Shown: positions 1-12,199, counted from the stretch's first letter. The stretch: 64,000 bases of DNA from Antechinus flavipes (GCF_016432865.1 NC_067400.1:624650001-624714000); one strand, 5' to 3'. Notes: generated from the letters alone by a model not told the origin. Numbers and translations: made by a program.

Positions 1-72
1 GGTTCTGGGGCGAGCGCGGGATCTAGGCCCCACCCCCCCTCGCGAGGCTGTCTGCACCCTCCGCTCGCTTAC

Positions 73-230
73 CTCGGCCGGGCTCCCGTCTCCCTGCCTC
101 CCTCCCCTCCAGCCTTCGTTCCTCCCCAGGAGTCCGCGCCGCCGCTGCTCACGTGCCTGCGGCCAGCATGGCGGGCCTGACGCCCTCACAAGGCATGGCG
201 GCTTCGGCGTCACTTCCGCCCGGCGCCAGC
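73..230 (-). other. AKT1S1: Candidate non-coding first exon of the upstream divergent gene (AKT1S1 by synteny)
   Basis: Strong minus-strand donor AG|GTAAG (exon ends at 73) inside the CpG island. AKT1S1 is head to head with TBC1D17 in human. No coding sequence is in the window and the 5' boundary is approximate. Confidence 0.4.
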
Positions 231-932
231 CTCTCCGATGACGCTCTGCATTCTACCCTCGTTCTGCAAGGAGGTTCCCACCCGGCTTGCCCTCAACCAT
301 CATGGCGGCCCCCGGCTTCACGCCCCGCCCCTGCCCGATATCCATGGCGTTTCCGTCACAGACATTCTCGCTGAGGACGACCGCTCCGCCCTAGGCCCGC
401 GAGCACGGTCGGGTACAATCACGTTCTCGCTCTGGGGACCCGCAACGCCGCGGCCGCTGCCTTTCTCTGGGTGACTACCGCTGTTTCCCTTTCTCCCCCC
501 GCTTCCTGGCATGGAAGTGGTGTGCCCCGCACTAACATGGCCCTCACAGCGCAGCGCAGCGCAGCTCAGCTCGCTTCCTAGAACGACGGCAGCACGGCTA
601 CGACAGCCCTAAAAATCGGGGTGGAAAAGGCGGGGCACGCACAGAGAAAAAGCTTGGCAACTCCACTTTGTTTACTTCTTTCTGGGAGCCCACGTGACGC
701 GCCAGCGCCCAGCCCACTCCCGGCCCCGCCCTCCATAGCGTCTGCGCAGAGCGTCTGGGTCCCTCTCCTCCTCTTCCTCCTCGATTATTGGTTTGATCCA
801 CTGGTGGATGAGGGAAAGAAGCGGGCCATTTTACTCCGCTGGAGGGGAGGTCCTCCTCGCCGGATGTGACGTTAGAGTTTATCTTCGGAGGTGGCGCGAG
901 CTCGGGGAGTGGCCTCGGCCCCAGCTGCAACT
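200..932. promoter_or_regulatory. CpG-island bidirectional promoter (TBC1D17 and divergent gene)
   Basis: CpG-rich. CACGTGAC E-box/CLEAR-like 691-698, ATTGG 787-791, YY1-like GCCATTTT 825-832, ETS+CRE-half CCGGATGTGACGT 860-872. Confidence 0.75.
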
Positions 933-3900
933 ATGGAGGAGGCTGGCTACCGGGTAAGTGTTGACGGAGAACCTAAGCGGCCTTCGGCCTAACCCTTCCC
1001 TTCCTCCTTTCGGAATCTGGATCCTGCCCTTCTCTGACCCTTTCTCACTACTTTCCTGGCTCCCGATCTCTTAGCTCATGCGATTCCCTCGGGCCCGAAA
1101 CCTGGGTAAAGTGCGTCCACTTCTCTGTTTTTTTGGGCGCATGCGCTTCCACTCAGGTACCACTTTCTGGCGGAACCGCTTCCTCGCCCCTGGCTGTGCG
1201 CATGCGGGCCTCTGGTCCCCGGGTGCTCGCCTTTCCCCCTCCCTCCCTCCGCCCCACCCATCCCGGTTTCTGTGCCCCGACGCTAGAGTCCTGAGCTCCA
1301 CCTCCGCCCGTAGGTAGTGTTCGAGAAGGGCGGGGTGTTCCTGCACACGAGCGCCAGGGGGCGGCACCAGGACCCGGGCTCCCTCATCGCCGGCGTGCTG
1401 CGCCTGCTCGAGAAAGTGAGTCCCAGGAGGTGGGCGTGGCTTCGGTCATGGGGGTGGGCTCTGGGCGGGACGGGGGCGACCCGATCCTTGGTCTCTTCTT
1501 GTCCTTCCACCGCTCCAGGACAACGACGTCATCCTGCACTGGGCCCCCGTGGAAGAGGCCGGAGACTCCTCCCACGTGGTCTTCTCCAGGAAGGTGGGCC
1601 CCTCCCCCTTGCCCACGATGTGTATTGCCCCCACGTTTCCTGGGGCGGGCTTAGGTCCTGTCATCCCAGGCCGAGTCCCAGGGCTTCCGCTCTCAGCTCC
1701 TCCCGTCTCTGAGGTGCCTTTAAGGTCATCCCCGAGCCTGAGTCCTTCCCACTCCAGAGCACGCGTTGGGGTCCCCCAGCCCGGGACGGACGCGATCTCC
1801 ACTTTCCCGGCGGTTAGGGCTCCCTTGTAGACTTAGCTCTTTCTGTCTCGGGACAGAAATTGGGGGTTCTCATGCCCAGAATCCACATAGTCCCCTGCAT
1901 TCAGATCTCCCGTTTCCCCAGGGCCCGTTTTGGGGTTTCTCTGTGGACTTAGGTCCCTTGTGTTTCACGGCACATTTGGGTCTCATGTTTAGGACCCCAC
2001 GCCCTTGCCATGTGCCAACTCAGGCCAGGCAGTCGCCCTTGGGGGGCTCGGCCTGGGCAGATCCGGCCTCAGGAGGGGCGCTCGGTGACCAGTGCATGCT
2101 TTGGCTTCCAGGTTCCCCCCCCCCCCCACCTGTCAAACATTGTAGGGTCAGACCCCCTCGGCCCAGAAACGCCGGGGCAGGCGCAGGAGCCCGGGTCCCA
2201 CTGTTTCGTTTTTACCCCAGGAGCCTGGTGGCGGGGACCCCTGCCCCTCAGAGGAAGAGCCGACCTTTGACCCTGGCTATGAGCCCGACTGGGCTGTGAT
2301 CAGCACCGTGCGCTCGCGGCCCCGGCCCCCCGAGTCTGCCTCAGGTACGGCCGTGGGTCCCACTCAGCAAGACCCAGAGAGCGGGACAGCCAGGATGAGG
2401 GCCAGAGGCCCAAACTCCAGGTGGATGGGGCCGAGGGGAGGGGGTGGAAAGGAAGCTGGAGAGACCCCCAGGTGGGGTGGGGACCCTAGGAGAGGTGCTT
2501 CAGGCTGGGAGCGGAGGAGAGGAAGGTGGGGGGAGGGGGTAGCCTCAGTCTGGGCAGTGAAGAAAGGGGCCACCGTGTGAGCGGAAGCTGGCCAAGCATA
2601 GGTACGGAGGAGACCGGGGTGAGAGCCACCTGTGCCCGGGGAGCCTGGGGACACCCCTCTGTGTGCCCCGAGTCCTGCAGCCTCTTGCTCCCCCTCCAGC
2701 CACAGGATCCAGCAGCACCCGGGGTCCCTGGGCCTTCTCGGTGAGCCTGGGCGAGCTGAAGTCCATCCGGCGTTCCAAGCCGGGCCTGGGCTGGGCCTAC
2801 CTGGTGCTGGTGACCCAGGCGGGCGGCTCCTTGCCGGCCCTGCACTTCCACCGCGGGGGCACCCGGGCCCTGCTGCGCGTCCTCAGCCGCTACCTGCTGC
2901 TGGCCAGGTCAGTGTGGTTGGCTGCCCCTCCCCCGTCTCCCTGCCCCTCCCCTCCCCCTCCCCCTCTCTGCTCTCCCTCCCCCTCTCTGCCCCCTCCCCC
3001 TCCCTTCCCTCCCCCTCTCTGCCCCCTCCCCCTCCCTTCCCTCCCCCTCTCTGCCCCCTCCCCTCCCTGCTGCCCCTCCCCTCACCCTCTCTGCTCTCCC
3101 TCTGCCTCCCAGCTCCCCCCAGGACTCCCGCCTCTACCTCGTCTTCCCCCACGACTCCTCCGCGCTCTCCAACTCCTTCCATCACCTGCAGCTCTTTGAT
3201 GATGACAGTTCCAATGTGGTGTCTGTGAGTGGGCTGGGGGAGGGGTGTGGGAGTGGGGGTGGGGAGAGCCCAGGAAGGGGGGCTGTTGCGGGAGCCACCC
3301 CGGAACCTCGTGCTTTCGTCCTCCCCTCAGCGTTTCCTCCAGGACCCTTACGCAGCCACCTTTGGAGGTTTCTCACGAGTGACCAATTTTTTCCGGGGAG
3401 CCCTTCAGCCTCCCCCCGACGGGCCCCCCCCGAGCCGTCCCGAGGTCTCTGAGGACGAGGAGCCGGAGCCCGGCTTCGAGGTCATCTCCTGCGTGAGTGC
3501 TCGGAGGGCGAAGGTCGCAGCACGGACCGTGGTCTTGGAGGGGAGCTGGGGGGGCACGGCTGCTAATCCCCCTCTCTCCCCCCCGTGGGGTCGGCGCAGG
3601 TGGAGCTGGGGCCCCGGCCCGTGGTGTCCCGGGGTCAGCCCGTGACGGAGGAAACGTGGGCCAGACACGTGGGCCCAGACGGGCGCCTTCGAGACGTCGG
3701 GGAGCTGAAGGCTCAGATCTTCTCTGGGGTGAGTGGGGCGGGGTAACCCGGGGGAGGGGGGGTGGGGAGGGGCCTGGGGGTGACCGCTCTGTCTCCTCAG
3801 GGCCTGTGCCCCTCCTTGAGGAGAGAGGCCTGGAAGTTTCTCCTGGGTTACCTGAGCTGGGAGGGCTCGGCCGAGGAGCACAAGATCCACGTGCGGAGGA

Positions 3901-5767
3901 AAACGTGAGTGAGGGTCGTCCCCCCCATCCCCCCCACGCTGCTCCGGGCCTGGGCCTGGTGGGGCTGCCGGCGAGGGGTCGGGCCGGTCCTGCTGCGGGT
4001 CTGAGGCTGACCCCCTTCCCTCCCCCCCGGATTCAGGGACGAGTATTTCCGGATGAAGCTGCAGTGGAAGTCGGTGAGCCCCGAGCAGGAGAGAAGGAAC
4101 TCGCTCCTCCATGGCTACCGCAGCCTCATCGGTCAGTGCGGGCCGGGGCCGGGCTGGGGGCCGGGCTGGGATTGGGGGGTTGGGACCCGGGACCAGGATT
4201 CGGGGGGAGGGAAGTTGAGGCTGGGATTGGGGGGGGACCGGGGCCAGGGCCTGACCCTCCCCCTTCCCGCAGAGCGCGACGTGAGCCGCACCGACCGCAG
4301 CAACAAGTTCTACGAGGGGCCGGGGAACCCGGGCCTGGGTCTGCTCAACGACATCCTCCTCACCTACTGCATGTACCACTTCGATCTGGGTAGGCGTGGG
4401 CCGGGCAGGCGGCCGCCGGGCTTCGGCCACGGCGCTGGCGGGGCTGACCTCCGGCCTCCCGTCCGCCCCAGGTTACGTGCAGGGCATGAGCGATCTCCTG
4501 TCCCCCATCCTCTACGTCACGCAGAACGAGGTGGACGCCTTCTGGTGCTTCTGCGGCTTCATGGAGCTCGTGGTGAGGGGGGGGCTTCCCGGGCCCTGGG
4601 GGGGGGGGCATGGCGGCCCATGTCGCGGCCTCGGGGCCCTCACACGCTCCTCCTCGCCTCCAGCACGGGAACTTCGAGGAGAGCCAGGAGACAATGAAGC
4701 GCCAGCTCGGGCAGCTCCTGCTGCTGCTGCGGGTGCTGGACCCCCCCCTCTGCGACTTCCTGGGTAACAGTTTGTTCGGGGCCCGGGTCCTGGGCTGGAG
4801 CGCGGCCGGCCGGGCTCCCCGGATGGAGCACTATCCCCCGGCGCCCCCGCTTTGCCCCCTTGCCGTTCCCGCGCGCTCCCGCGGCCCTTCCCTCGGCCAC
4901 AGCTGTCGGCCGCCGCCCTGGGTGGTCGGGGGACCCTCCCGGGCCGCCCCGAGAGAAACGCTCCGGGGGGAGCCGGACCCCAAGCTCAAGCGCCCTCGTC
5001 CCCTCCCCCAACAGACTCCCAGGACTCGGGCTCCCTCTGCTTCTGTTTCCGCTGGCTGCTCATCTGGTTCAAGCGCGAATTCCCCTTCCCCGACGTCCTC
5101 CGTCTGTGGGAGGTGAGCGGGGGCCGGCGCGGGGGAGGGAAGGGCCCGGGGAGTCGGGGCCCCGCTGAGCCGCCCTGTCCCCGAGCAGGTGCTCTGGACC
5201 GGGCTCCCGGGCCCCAACCTGCACTTGCTGGTGGCCTGCGCCATCCTCGACATGGAGAGGGACGCCCTCATGCTCTCCGGCTTTGGCTCCAACGAGATCC
5301 TCAAGGTGAGTTCTCCCAGCCCCCTCCCCCCTCGCAGCCTCGGGGGCGTCCGCCCCGCTGAGGCCGCGCCACACGCTCTCCCCGCAGCACATTAACGAGC
5401 TGACCATGAAGCTGAGCGTGGAGGACGTCCTGACCCGCGCCCAGGCCTTGTACCTGCAGCTGACGGCCTGTCCGGTGAGACCCCGCCCCGCCCCCGCCCC
5501 GAGACCGCGCTCCCCCCTCACCACCACCCCCGCCCTCACTCTGGCCTCTCCCCGCAGGAGCTGCCCCCCAACGTGCAGGAGATCCTGGGCCTGAGCCGGG
5601 CCCCAGCTTCCGGCCCCGGCAGCCCCTCCCCCTCAGGCTCCCCGCTGCCCCTGTCACCCTCGCCGGCCCCCGAGGCCCCGTCCTCCGTCTCCGGGGGGCC
5701 CTCGCCCACTCCCCAGCCCGACAGCAGCCTGGAGATCCTGCCTGAGGACTCGGGGCCGGAGCCCTGA
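933..5767 (+). CDS. TBC1D17: TBC1 domain family member 17 (Rab GAP), 653 aa
   Basis: Exons 933-953, 1314-1415, 1519-1593, 2221-2344, 2700-2907, 3113-3224, 3331-3492, 3600-3728, 3801-3904, 4037-4131, 4273-4389, 4472-4572, 4664-4763, 5015-5112, 5189-5305, 5388-5474, 5558-5767. All GT-AG, 1962 nt in frame. MEEAGYRVVFEKGGVFLH start, IERDVSRTDR (Arg finger), YVQGMSD (Gln finger), EPGFEVI LIR-like motif. Confidence 0.97.
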
Positions 5768-5912
5768 GGGTCCCACCCCCTCCCCCTCACACACCAGCAC
5801 ACGCACTTTACCCCTCCCCCCCTCATGCCCACCACCAAAGCTCTGCCCCTTCTTCTCAGACCCCCACCCTGGGGCGACCCGGTGCGGCTGGGAGCGCGCC
5901 TCCTCTCTGCCC

Positions 5913-5918
5913 ATTAAA
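5913..5918 (+). terminator. TBC1D17 polyadenylation signal ATTAAA
   Basis: ATTAAA about 145 nt after the stop, followed by GT/T-rich sequence. Confidence 0.7.
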
Positions 5919-6037
5919 CAGGGTCACTTTGATGCCCGTTGTCTGCCTGGCTGTTTGGGGGCGCTGGGGCTGAGGAGAGTCTGCGGGAGGGGCCGAGGGG
6001 ACACAAGGAACGGCAGCAGGAGACTTTCCACAGAGGC

Positions 6038-6043
6038 TTTATT
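6038..6043 (-). terminator. IL4I1 polyadenylation signal AATAAA
   Basis: TTTATT on the + strand, downstream of the IL4I1 stop. Confidence 0.75.
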
Positions 6044-6159
6044 GACTTTGGGTCCCTCCTGCCTCAGGCCCGTGGGCAGCTGAGCCCGGGACCTTCCTAG
6101 GTCCTGGCAAAGCAGGGGCACGAGGAGGGCAGGGACTCCCGGCCCGTGGCCCCGCCCGG

Positions 6160-6500
6160 AGCGGAGGCCGGACTGCGTGGTCCTGGCCAGAACAGAGGCC
6201 GGACTGCGTGGCCCTGGCCGGAGAAGAGGCCGGACTGCGTGGTCCTGGCCAGAACAGAGGCCGGACTGCGTGGCCCTGGCCGGAGAAGAGGCCGGACTGC
6301 GTGGTCCTGGCCAGAACAGAGGCCGGACTGCGTGGTCCCGGCCGGAACAGAGGCCGGACTGCGTGGTCCTGGCCGGAGCGGAGGCCGGACTGCGTGGTCC
6401 TGGCCAGAGCGGAGGCCGGACTGCGTGGCCCTGGCCGGAGAAGAGGCCGGACTGCGTGGTCCTGGCCAGAGCGGAGGCCGGACTGCACGACCCAGGCCGG
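6160..6500. repeat. 31-bp GC-rich minisatellite in the IL4I1 3' UTR, about 11 copies
   Basis: Unit GAGGCCGGACTGCGTGGTCCTGGCCAGAACA and variants. Confidence 0.95.
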
Positions 6501-6582
6501 AACGGAAGCAGGGGCTCCCGGCCGTGGGCCTGGCAGAGGTTCCTGGGCCTCCCTCTAGATGCAGTGGGGCCTCCCTGGGTTC

Positions 6583-9500
6583 CTAGGCCCCCTTGTGTAT
6601 CCTCAGGGCTGCCCGCAGCCCTGACTTGATGGCTGTCTCCACCCAGCCGTGGGGGAGGGCCGTGTACTCCCCCGCAAAGTGCACGCGGCCCTCGGGCTGG
6701 GTCCAGTCCCAGTGCCAGGGCGTCCCCTGCGCGGCGTCTCTGGGCTGCGGGGGCTGCATCACGAAGCCACCCTGGCTGTAGCGATCCTCCCCCCAGCGCT
6801 TCACGGCCCCGCGGCCGTCCCAGAGCTCCCGCACCTTCTCGCCGTGGAGGCCCACGACGTCCTCCAGCGCCAGGCGCAGGATCTCCTCCTCCCCCAGGCC
6901 CGCAAAGGCGGCCGTGGCGTCCGACCACGTGTAGGATGCGAGGAGGAGGCCGCCGGCCTCTCCCCCGGGGCCCTGTGGGTAGTAGAGGGCGCGGACCGGG
7001 CGGTCAGTGTTCGAGTGCCCCCCCAGGATGCCCTCGTCCTCCCAGAAGGGTCTCCGGAAGCTGAGGAAGACCTTGGTAGCCGGGACGTAGTGGACGTTAC
7101 GCAGTGCCCGGCGAAGGGGGGGCCGCAAGGGCGGCTGGAAATCGACGTGGCTCAGGGCCGTGCTAGTGGTGGCCAGCAGCACGCGGTCAGCAGTCAGGGA
7201 CAGCAGGCGCGAGGGCTGCTGGGGGTCACGGTAGTGGACGGTGGCTCCTTTCCGGTTCTGGGTCACTCGGACCACGGGCGCCTGGAGCAGGACGGGGCCG
7301 CTCAGGGAGAGCAGCAGGGCACGGGGCAGCTGGTCCCAGCCGTCGCGGAGGCGCCAGTACCTGGGGGGCACACGCGGAGGCCGGTGGGCCCGGGGCTCGA
7401 GCGTCCCCCCCCCCAGTCCCCCTCCTTCCCGATTCGCACCTGAGCCCGTCGTTGAGGTAGCTGTGGGCCCGTAAGGCCTCGGCGAAGCTGAGGGAGAAGA
7501 AGCCGTCCTCGGCCATCACGTCTCCCAGGAGCTGGGCGGCCTCCGTGCTCAGGTTCCCTTCTCCCAGGAGGTAGTTCTGGGGGCAGAGTGGGGCCTCAGG
7601 CCTGCACGCCCCCTCGGCCCCCACGCTGTTTCCAGGGCCTCCCTTTGTAGGGCAGGGTCTGGGGGCTCGGCCATTGGGCCCCCGCCCTCAAGCCGGTCCA
7701 GCCCAGCCCAGGGAACTGGGGGGGGGTGGGGGAGGGATCCTCACGGTCAGGCTTTGACCTCAGGGCTGTCCAGTGGTCGGAGCGTCCCCTCGCTGACCTT
7801 TCTCTGCTAAGGGTACTTGGCTTTGTGGAGCTTGGGTGGGCTTCCACCATCTCCTTAAAATGCCCTCCCCCAGCTCCTTCTGGGCTTTCTGTGGCTGCCT
7901 TTGCCCCTCCTCCTCCTCCCCCTTGTCTCTGCAGTTCAGGTGGGGGTTGTGCCCCTCTGTCATAATCACTTTGGACAAGTGAGGGGCAGGGCTGGCCTGG
8001 CATTTCCCCCTCCCCCCCAGATCCTGGGGCTCGGAATCCTCCCCTCTGCCTCTGGGGTCCCCTTTCCCCGACCTTCTGTGTCCCCCCCAGGACGGAGGGA
8101 GATGCGGCCCCTCTCTCACCAGGAGGGTGATGTTCTCGAATTTCTTTAGCGCCCCTGCGCAGCCCAGGCGCTTGAGATCATCCAGGGCCTACGGGGAGCG
8201 ACAACCCGGGATGGGGCCCCAGCCGGCAGCCCCCGGGTCCCCCATCCCTCCCCATCCCTCCCCGACGGCCCGGAGCCGAAATCGGATCCAGGGGTCCCCA
8301 GGTCCTCCGAGGAGAGGGGTTCGCTCAAGGCCATCCAAGCGCCCAGCGCCCCTCCCCTGGGAGCCCCCAGTCCTGGCCTGCCCTTGGGGAGCTCGGGACC
8401 CTCTTTTGCCCAGCCCCCTGCCCCGAGCGCGCGGCTGCCCGGGCCTGTAGGGGCGGTGATCCGAGCTTCCGTCAGACGGGGGAGGGGCTGGCGCACCTTG
8501 TCCAGGGCCAGCTGGTAAATGGCCTCCGGGGAGCGGCCTCGCTCGGAGGCCCGCAGGCGGTAGCCCAGCTGCTCCGGCGCAGCCTCCACCACGAAGTTCC
8601 GCAGCTTTACCCCGTTGGCCTCCGTCCAGGCGTTCATGTCGTACTGAACGAAGGGGACCAGGGGGAGGCCCAGGAGGGCGCAGAGCTTCAGGAGGAGCCT
8701 GCGGGAGGGAGCACTGCGCCGTGAGGGGGGCGGGGTGTCCTGACAGCAGGGAGAAAGGGGCGCACGGACAGCGAGGGGTGAGGGGCGCTCAGACAGCTGG
8801 GGGGAGGGGCGCCCTCCAGCCCAGGGGGGTGTGAGGGGCGCTCAGACAGCCCGGTGGAGGGGGGAAGGGGGGGTGAGGGGCGCTCAGACAGCCCGGTGGA
8901 GGGGGGAAGGGGGGGTGAGGGGCGCTCAGACAGCCGGGGGGGGGAGGGGCGCCCGCCCAGCCCAAGGAGGTGTGAGGGGCCCCGCCCAGGCCCGAAGGCG
9001 GGTGGGAGCCCGAGCTGCCCCGTACGTGTGGCTGGATGGTATCCTCATGGCCCCCAGCTCTCCCAGCCAGCCCGTCCGCTCATCCCTGTACGTCAGGATC
9101 CGGCCCCCGATCCTGTCGCTGGCCTCCAGCAGAGTCACCTGGGAGAGGACGCTGTCAGTGCCACGCCCCCCAGCCCTGTCCGGGCCCTGATACTTGGGGG
9201 GGCAGTATTCGGGACCGTGGTCCAGCGGAAGGTGCACTCGGGGATTGGGCCCAGGGAGGAGTTGCCTCCGCCCCAGCCTTCCCTCCCAGCTGGGGGGTGG
9301 GGCGCGAGGTGACCAGACCCCAGGGAGCACCCCCTTCTGGGAGAGGGCAGCCGGACCCCGGGGAGCACCCCCTGTCAGAGACAGGGTGAATGGACACCCC
9401 CGGCTGGGAGGGGGGGCTGGTTTTGGGACAGATGTTGGCGGCCAGTTGGGGTCAGAGCGGGAATTTCCCACAGCTTCGGGGAATGCCTTGGGCCGGGCTC

Positions 9501-9934
9501 CAGACGTCTGCACGCTCCCCCTCCCCCCCGCAAGTGAAGGGGGAGTTTGGAGCCCAAAGGGCCTCGGGGTTTCCCTCGAGGGGCTCCATCCCTGGGCAGC
9601 CCAGGACGCCGGGAGCCCCACCTGGTGTCCGGCGTCCTCCAGCACCCTGGCGGCCACCAGCCCGGCCACGCCGGCCCCCACCACCGCCACCCGCTGGGGC
9701 CGCGCCGTCCGGTTGAGCCCCCGGCTGACGATGGCCAGCAGCTCCTCGCGGTCCGGGTCCTGGAAGCACCTCAGGAAGGGGTCGTCCCCGGGATCGGCCT
9801 CGCCGGCCCCGGCCCCGTGCAGGAGGAGGAGCAGACCTGGGCGGGGAGGAGCCAGGAGCCTCCTGAAGCCCCCCGCCCTGGCAGGGACAGCCCTGCCTCC
9901 CGGCCCCGCCCCCATACTTACCCCACCAGCGCAT
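6583..9934 (-). CDS. IL4I1: Interleukin-4-induced 1, secreted L-amino-acid oxidase, 508 aa
   Basis: Coding exons 9934-9922, 9836-9622, 9138-9026, 8698-8497, 8188-8120, 7576-7440, 7360-6583. 1527 nt in frame. MRWWGLLLLL signal-like start, [11 protein letters not shown] fold, [35 protein letters not shown]. Confidence 0.95.
8770..8945. repeat. About 43-bp intronic tandem repeat in IL4I1
   Basis: GAGGGGCGCTCAGACAGCCCGGTGGAGGGGGGAAGGGGGGGT, 2 full and 2 partial copies. Confidence 0.85.
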
Positions 9935-10109
9935 GACTCCGAGCGGGAAGGGACGACCTGGGGGCTGAGGAGAGAAGCCGCCGTGAGCCCAGCGGGGGCC
10001 GCCCCCAGCGCTGCCTGCGCCTCCACGTCCAGAGTTCATGTTAATCCTACTGGACACCTGCCCCAGTCCCAGTCTCCAAGTGCTTTCCTTGTCCATCCTT
10101 CTGGCCCCC

Positions 10110-10440
10110 TGCCCCTGCCCCCCGAAGCCCAGCCCCGGCCACTCTCCTGCCCCCCGAAGCCCAGTCCCGGCCACTCTCCGGCCCCCCGAAGCCCAGCCCC
10201 GGCCACTCTCCGGCCCCCCGAAGCGCAGCCCCGGCCACTCTCCGGCCCCCCGAAGCCCAGCCCCGGCCACTCTCCGGCCCCCCGAAGCCCAGCCCCGGCC
10301 ACTCTCCGGCCCCCCGAAGCGCAGCCCCGGCCACTCTCCGGCCCCCCGAAGCCCAGCCCCGGCCACTCTCCGGCCCCCCGAAGCCCAGCCCCGGCCACTC
10401 TCCGGCCCCCCGAAGCCCAGCCCCGGCCACTCTCCGGCCC
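10110..10440. repeat. 32-bp minisatellite, about 10 copies
   Basis: Unit GGCCACTCTCCGGCCCCCCGAAGCCCAGCCCC. Confidence 0.95.
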
Positions 10441-10520
10441 CCTGCCCATCTCCTTTCCCAGCTCTGCATCCCCGCCCCTGCCATGGCTTGGGGTCCCTCC
10501 CCCGGCCCCTGCTCTCGCAC

Positions 10521-10740
10521 CTGCCGCCACCAGCCTCCCTACTGCTGAGCCTCCTGTCCCCCTTTGCTTTTGTCCCCGCGGGGCGGGCGCTGGCCCCTCC
10601 CCAGCCCTGACGCTCTTTGGGAAGTCCGGTCCCCTGGGCAGGAAAGCGAAACTTCTCCCCCAGTTCGGGGACTGCCGGCCGGGGCGGGCCGCGGGGCTGA
10701 GGATGGGCGGGGGGCGGGGCGGGAGAGGAGGGGCTGCTCA
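10521..10740 (-). promoter_or_regulatory. Putative IL4I1 proximal promoter and non-coding exon 1
   Basis: Minus-strand donor CAG|GTGCG at 10521 and acceptor at 9957. ISRE GAAAGCGAAACT 10642-10653. Several GC boxes 10580-10725. Confidence 0.5.
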
Positions 10741-11099
10741 GCGGCCCCCGGTGGCTTCCCGGGGTCTGCAGACGCGGGGGCTGGGGCGCGTCCGGGGCTC
10801 CCCCGCCTCGCCTCCAGGGCCCCCGTCCGTCCCCGCTCCGTCCCCGCCTCCCCCATTTGTCCCGGACCGGAGGGAGCGCAGGAGCAGTTCTGGTTCCTAA
10901 CTTTTCTGGGGAGCTGGATTAGCGGGGGAGGGGGAGGGGGGCTGCCCGGGGATAACAGCAGCAGCCGCGGCCCCAGCTCCTGGCCCAGCGCTGGGCTGTC
11001 GGTCAGGGCGCAACACGGGGTCTGGGATCCCATCCCTCGCCTGGAAACCGGGCCGAGAGCAGCCCCTCGCGCTCGGAATCGGCTCCTGTCTGCCCGTGT

Positions 11100-11420
11100 C
11101 TCGTGTCCCCCCCTTTCTCCTGTCTGCCCCCCCTCTCCCTCCCCTTCCCTCCTTCCCTCTTTCCTTCTCTCCCCTCTCCTTCCCCGCTCTTCTATCCTCC
11201 CTCCCCTCTCCTCTATTCCTCTTCCTCCCTCCCTCCCTCCTCCCTATATTTTTATTCTCTTCATTGCTTCCTTTCTCCATCTCGTTCTCTCTGTCTCTCT
11301 GGGGTTCTCTCTGTCTCCCCGGGGTTCCCTCTGTCTCCCCGGGGTTCTCTGTCTCTCCGGGGTTCCCTCTGTCTCTCCCGGGTTCTCTGTCTCCATCTCT
11401 GCCCTTTCTCCGATCCCATC
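11100..11420. repeat. CT-rich low-complexity sequence with (TCTCTGTCTCCCCGGGG)n repeats
   Basis: Polypyrimidine tract followed by degenerate 17-mer repeats. Confidence 0.85.
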
Positions 11421-12000
11421 GTTGTCTCTCCATGGATTTCTCAGCGTCTTCACCCCTTACCCCCCCCCCCCATCCCTCGGTCGGCCTCCATCCCTTACAC
11501 CCTCCGGGTTCTTGATTTGTCCATTCCCCTCCCCTCCCCCCAGTTCCCTCGGGCCTCCTCCACACCTTTCCCAGTCCGCCTTCACTGATGAGCAATAACT
11601 CACTTAACACTTCCTGGCTGTGTGACCCTGGGCAAGTCACTTAACCCCAATTGCCTCCAGGGGAAAAAAGGAAAGGGGAAAAGAGCTTCTGCCCAGGGCG
11701 GATGGGATAATGATGCGAAGGAGAGAAGGCCACCAGGCTCAACTCGGGGCCTCCGTTCCTTGGTCTTCGGGAAAATACCATGGGGATGAGGGGCAGGGAG
11801 CGGAGAGTCGGGACGGCGAGGGGAGGGACTGTCTTGCTGACGTCGGTGACTTTAAGTCGCTGGGATCAAATCCTCTCCGACTCTGAGTCCTGAAAGAACT
11901 GACCGACCCTGTCAGTGATCTCTGAAGCTTGGAAAACGGAGGTTGTAGCACGGTTCCAGGGAAGGGCAAACACCTCCTATCTTTATTTATTGCTGAGGCA

Positions 12001-12127
12001 GGGGGGGTTAAGTGACTTGTCCAGGGTCACACAGCCAGGAAGTGTGTCGTGTCCGAGGCTGGATTTGAACTCGGGTCCTTCTGACTTCAGGGCTGGCGCT
12101 CTACCCGCTGGGCTACCTCGCTGCCCC
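12001..12127 (-). mobile_element. WSINE1-type tRNA-derived CORE SINE
   Basis: Reverse complement reads GGGGCAGCGAGGTAG...GAGTTCAAATCC...GTGTGACCCTGGACAAGTCACTTAACCCC. A partial + copy lies at about 11595-11660. Confidence 0.8.
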
Positions 12128-12199
12128 TACCTTGAGCTTTTAAAAGAGGAAGGGGAACGGAGGCTGCAAGCCATGGTCTGATGGGCTTGACGTTGCTTA

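Noticed and set aside
5924-6928. Long ORFs in several frames over the IL4I1 3' UTR; programmed readthrough
   Set aside because: The 31-bp unit lacks stop triplets, so frames stay open by default. TAG-G is not a leaky context.
9194-10900. 568-aa plus-strand ORF
   Set aside because: Antisense to IL4I1 and running through a stop-free minisatellite. No recognisable domain.
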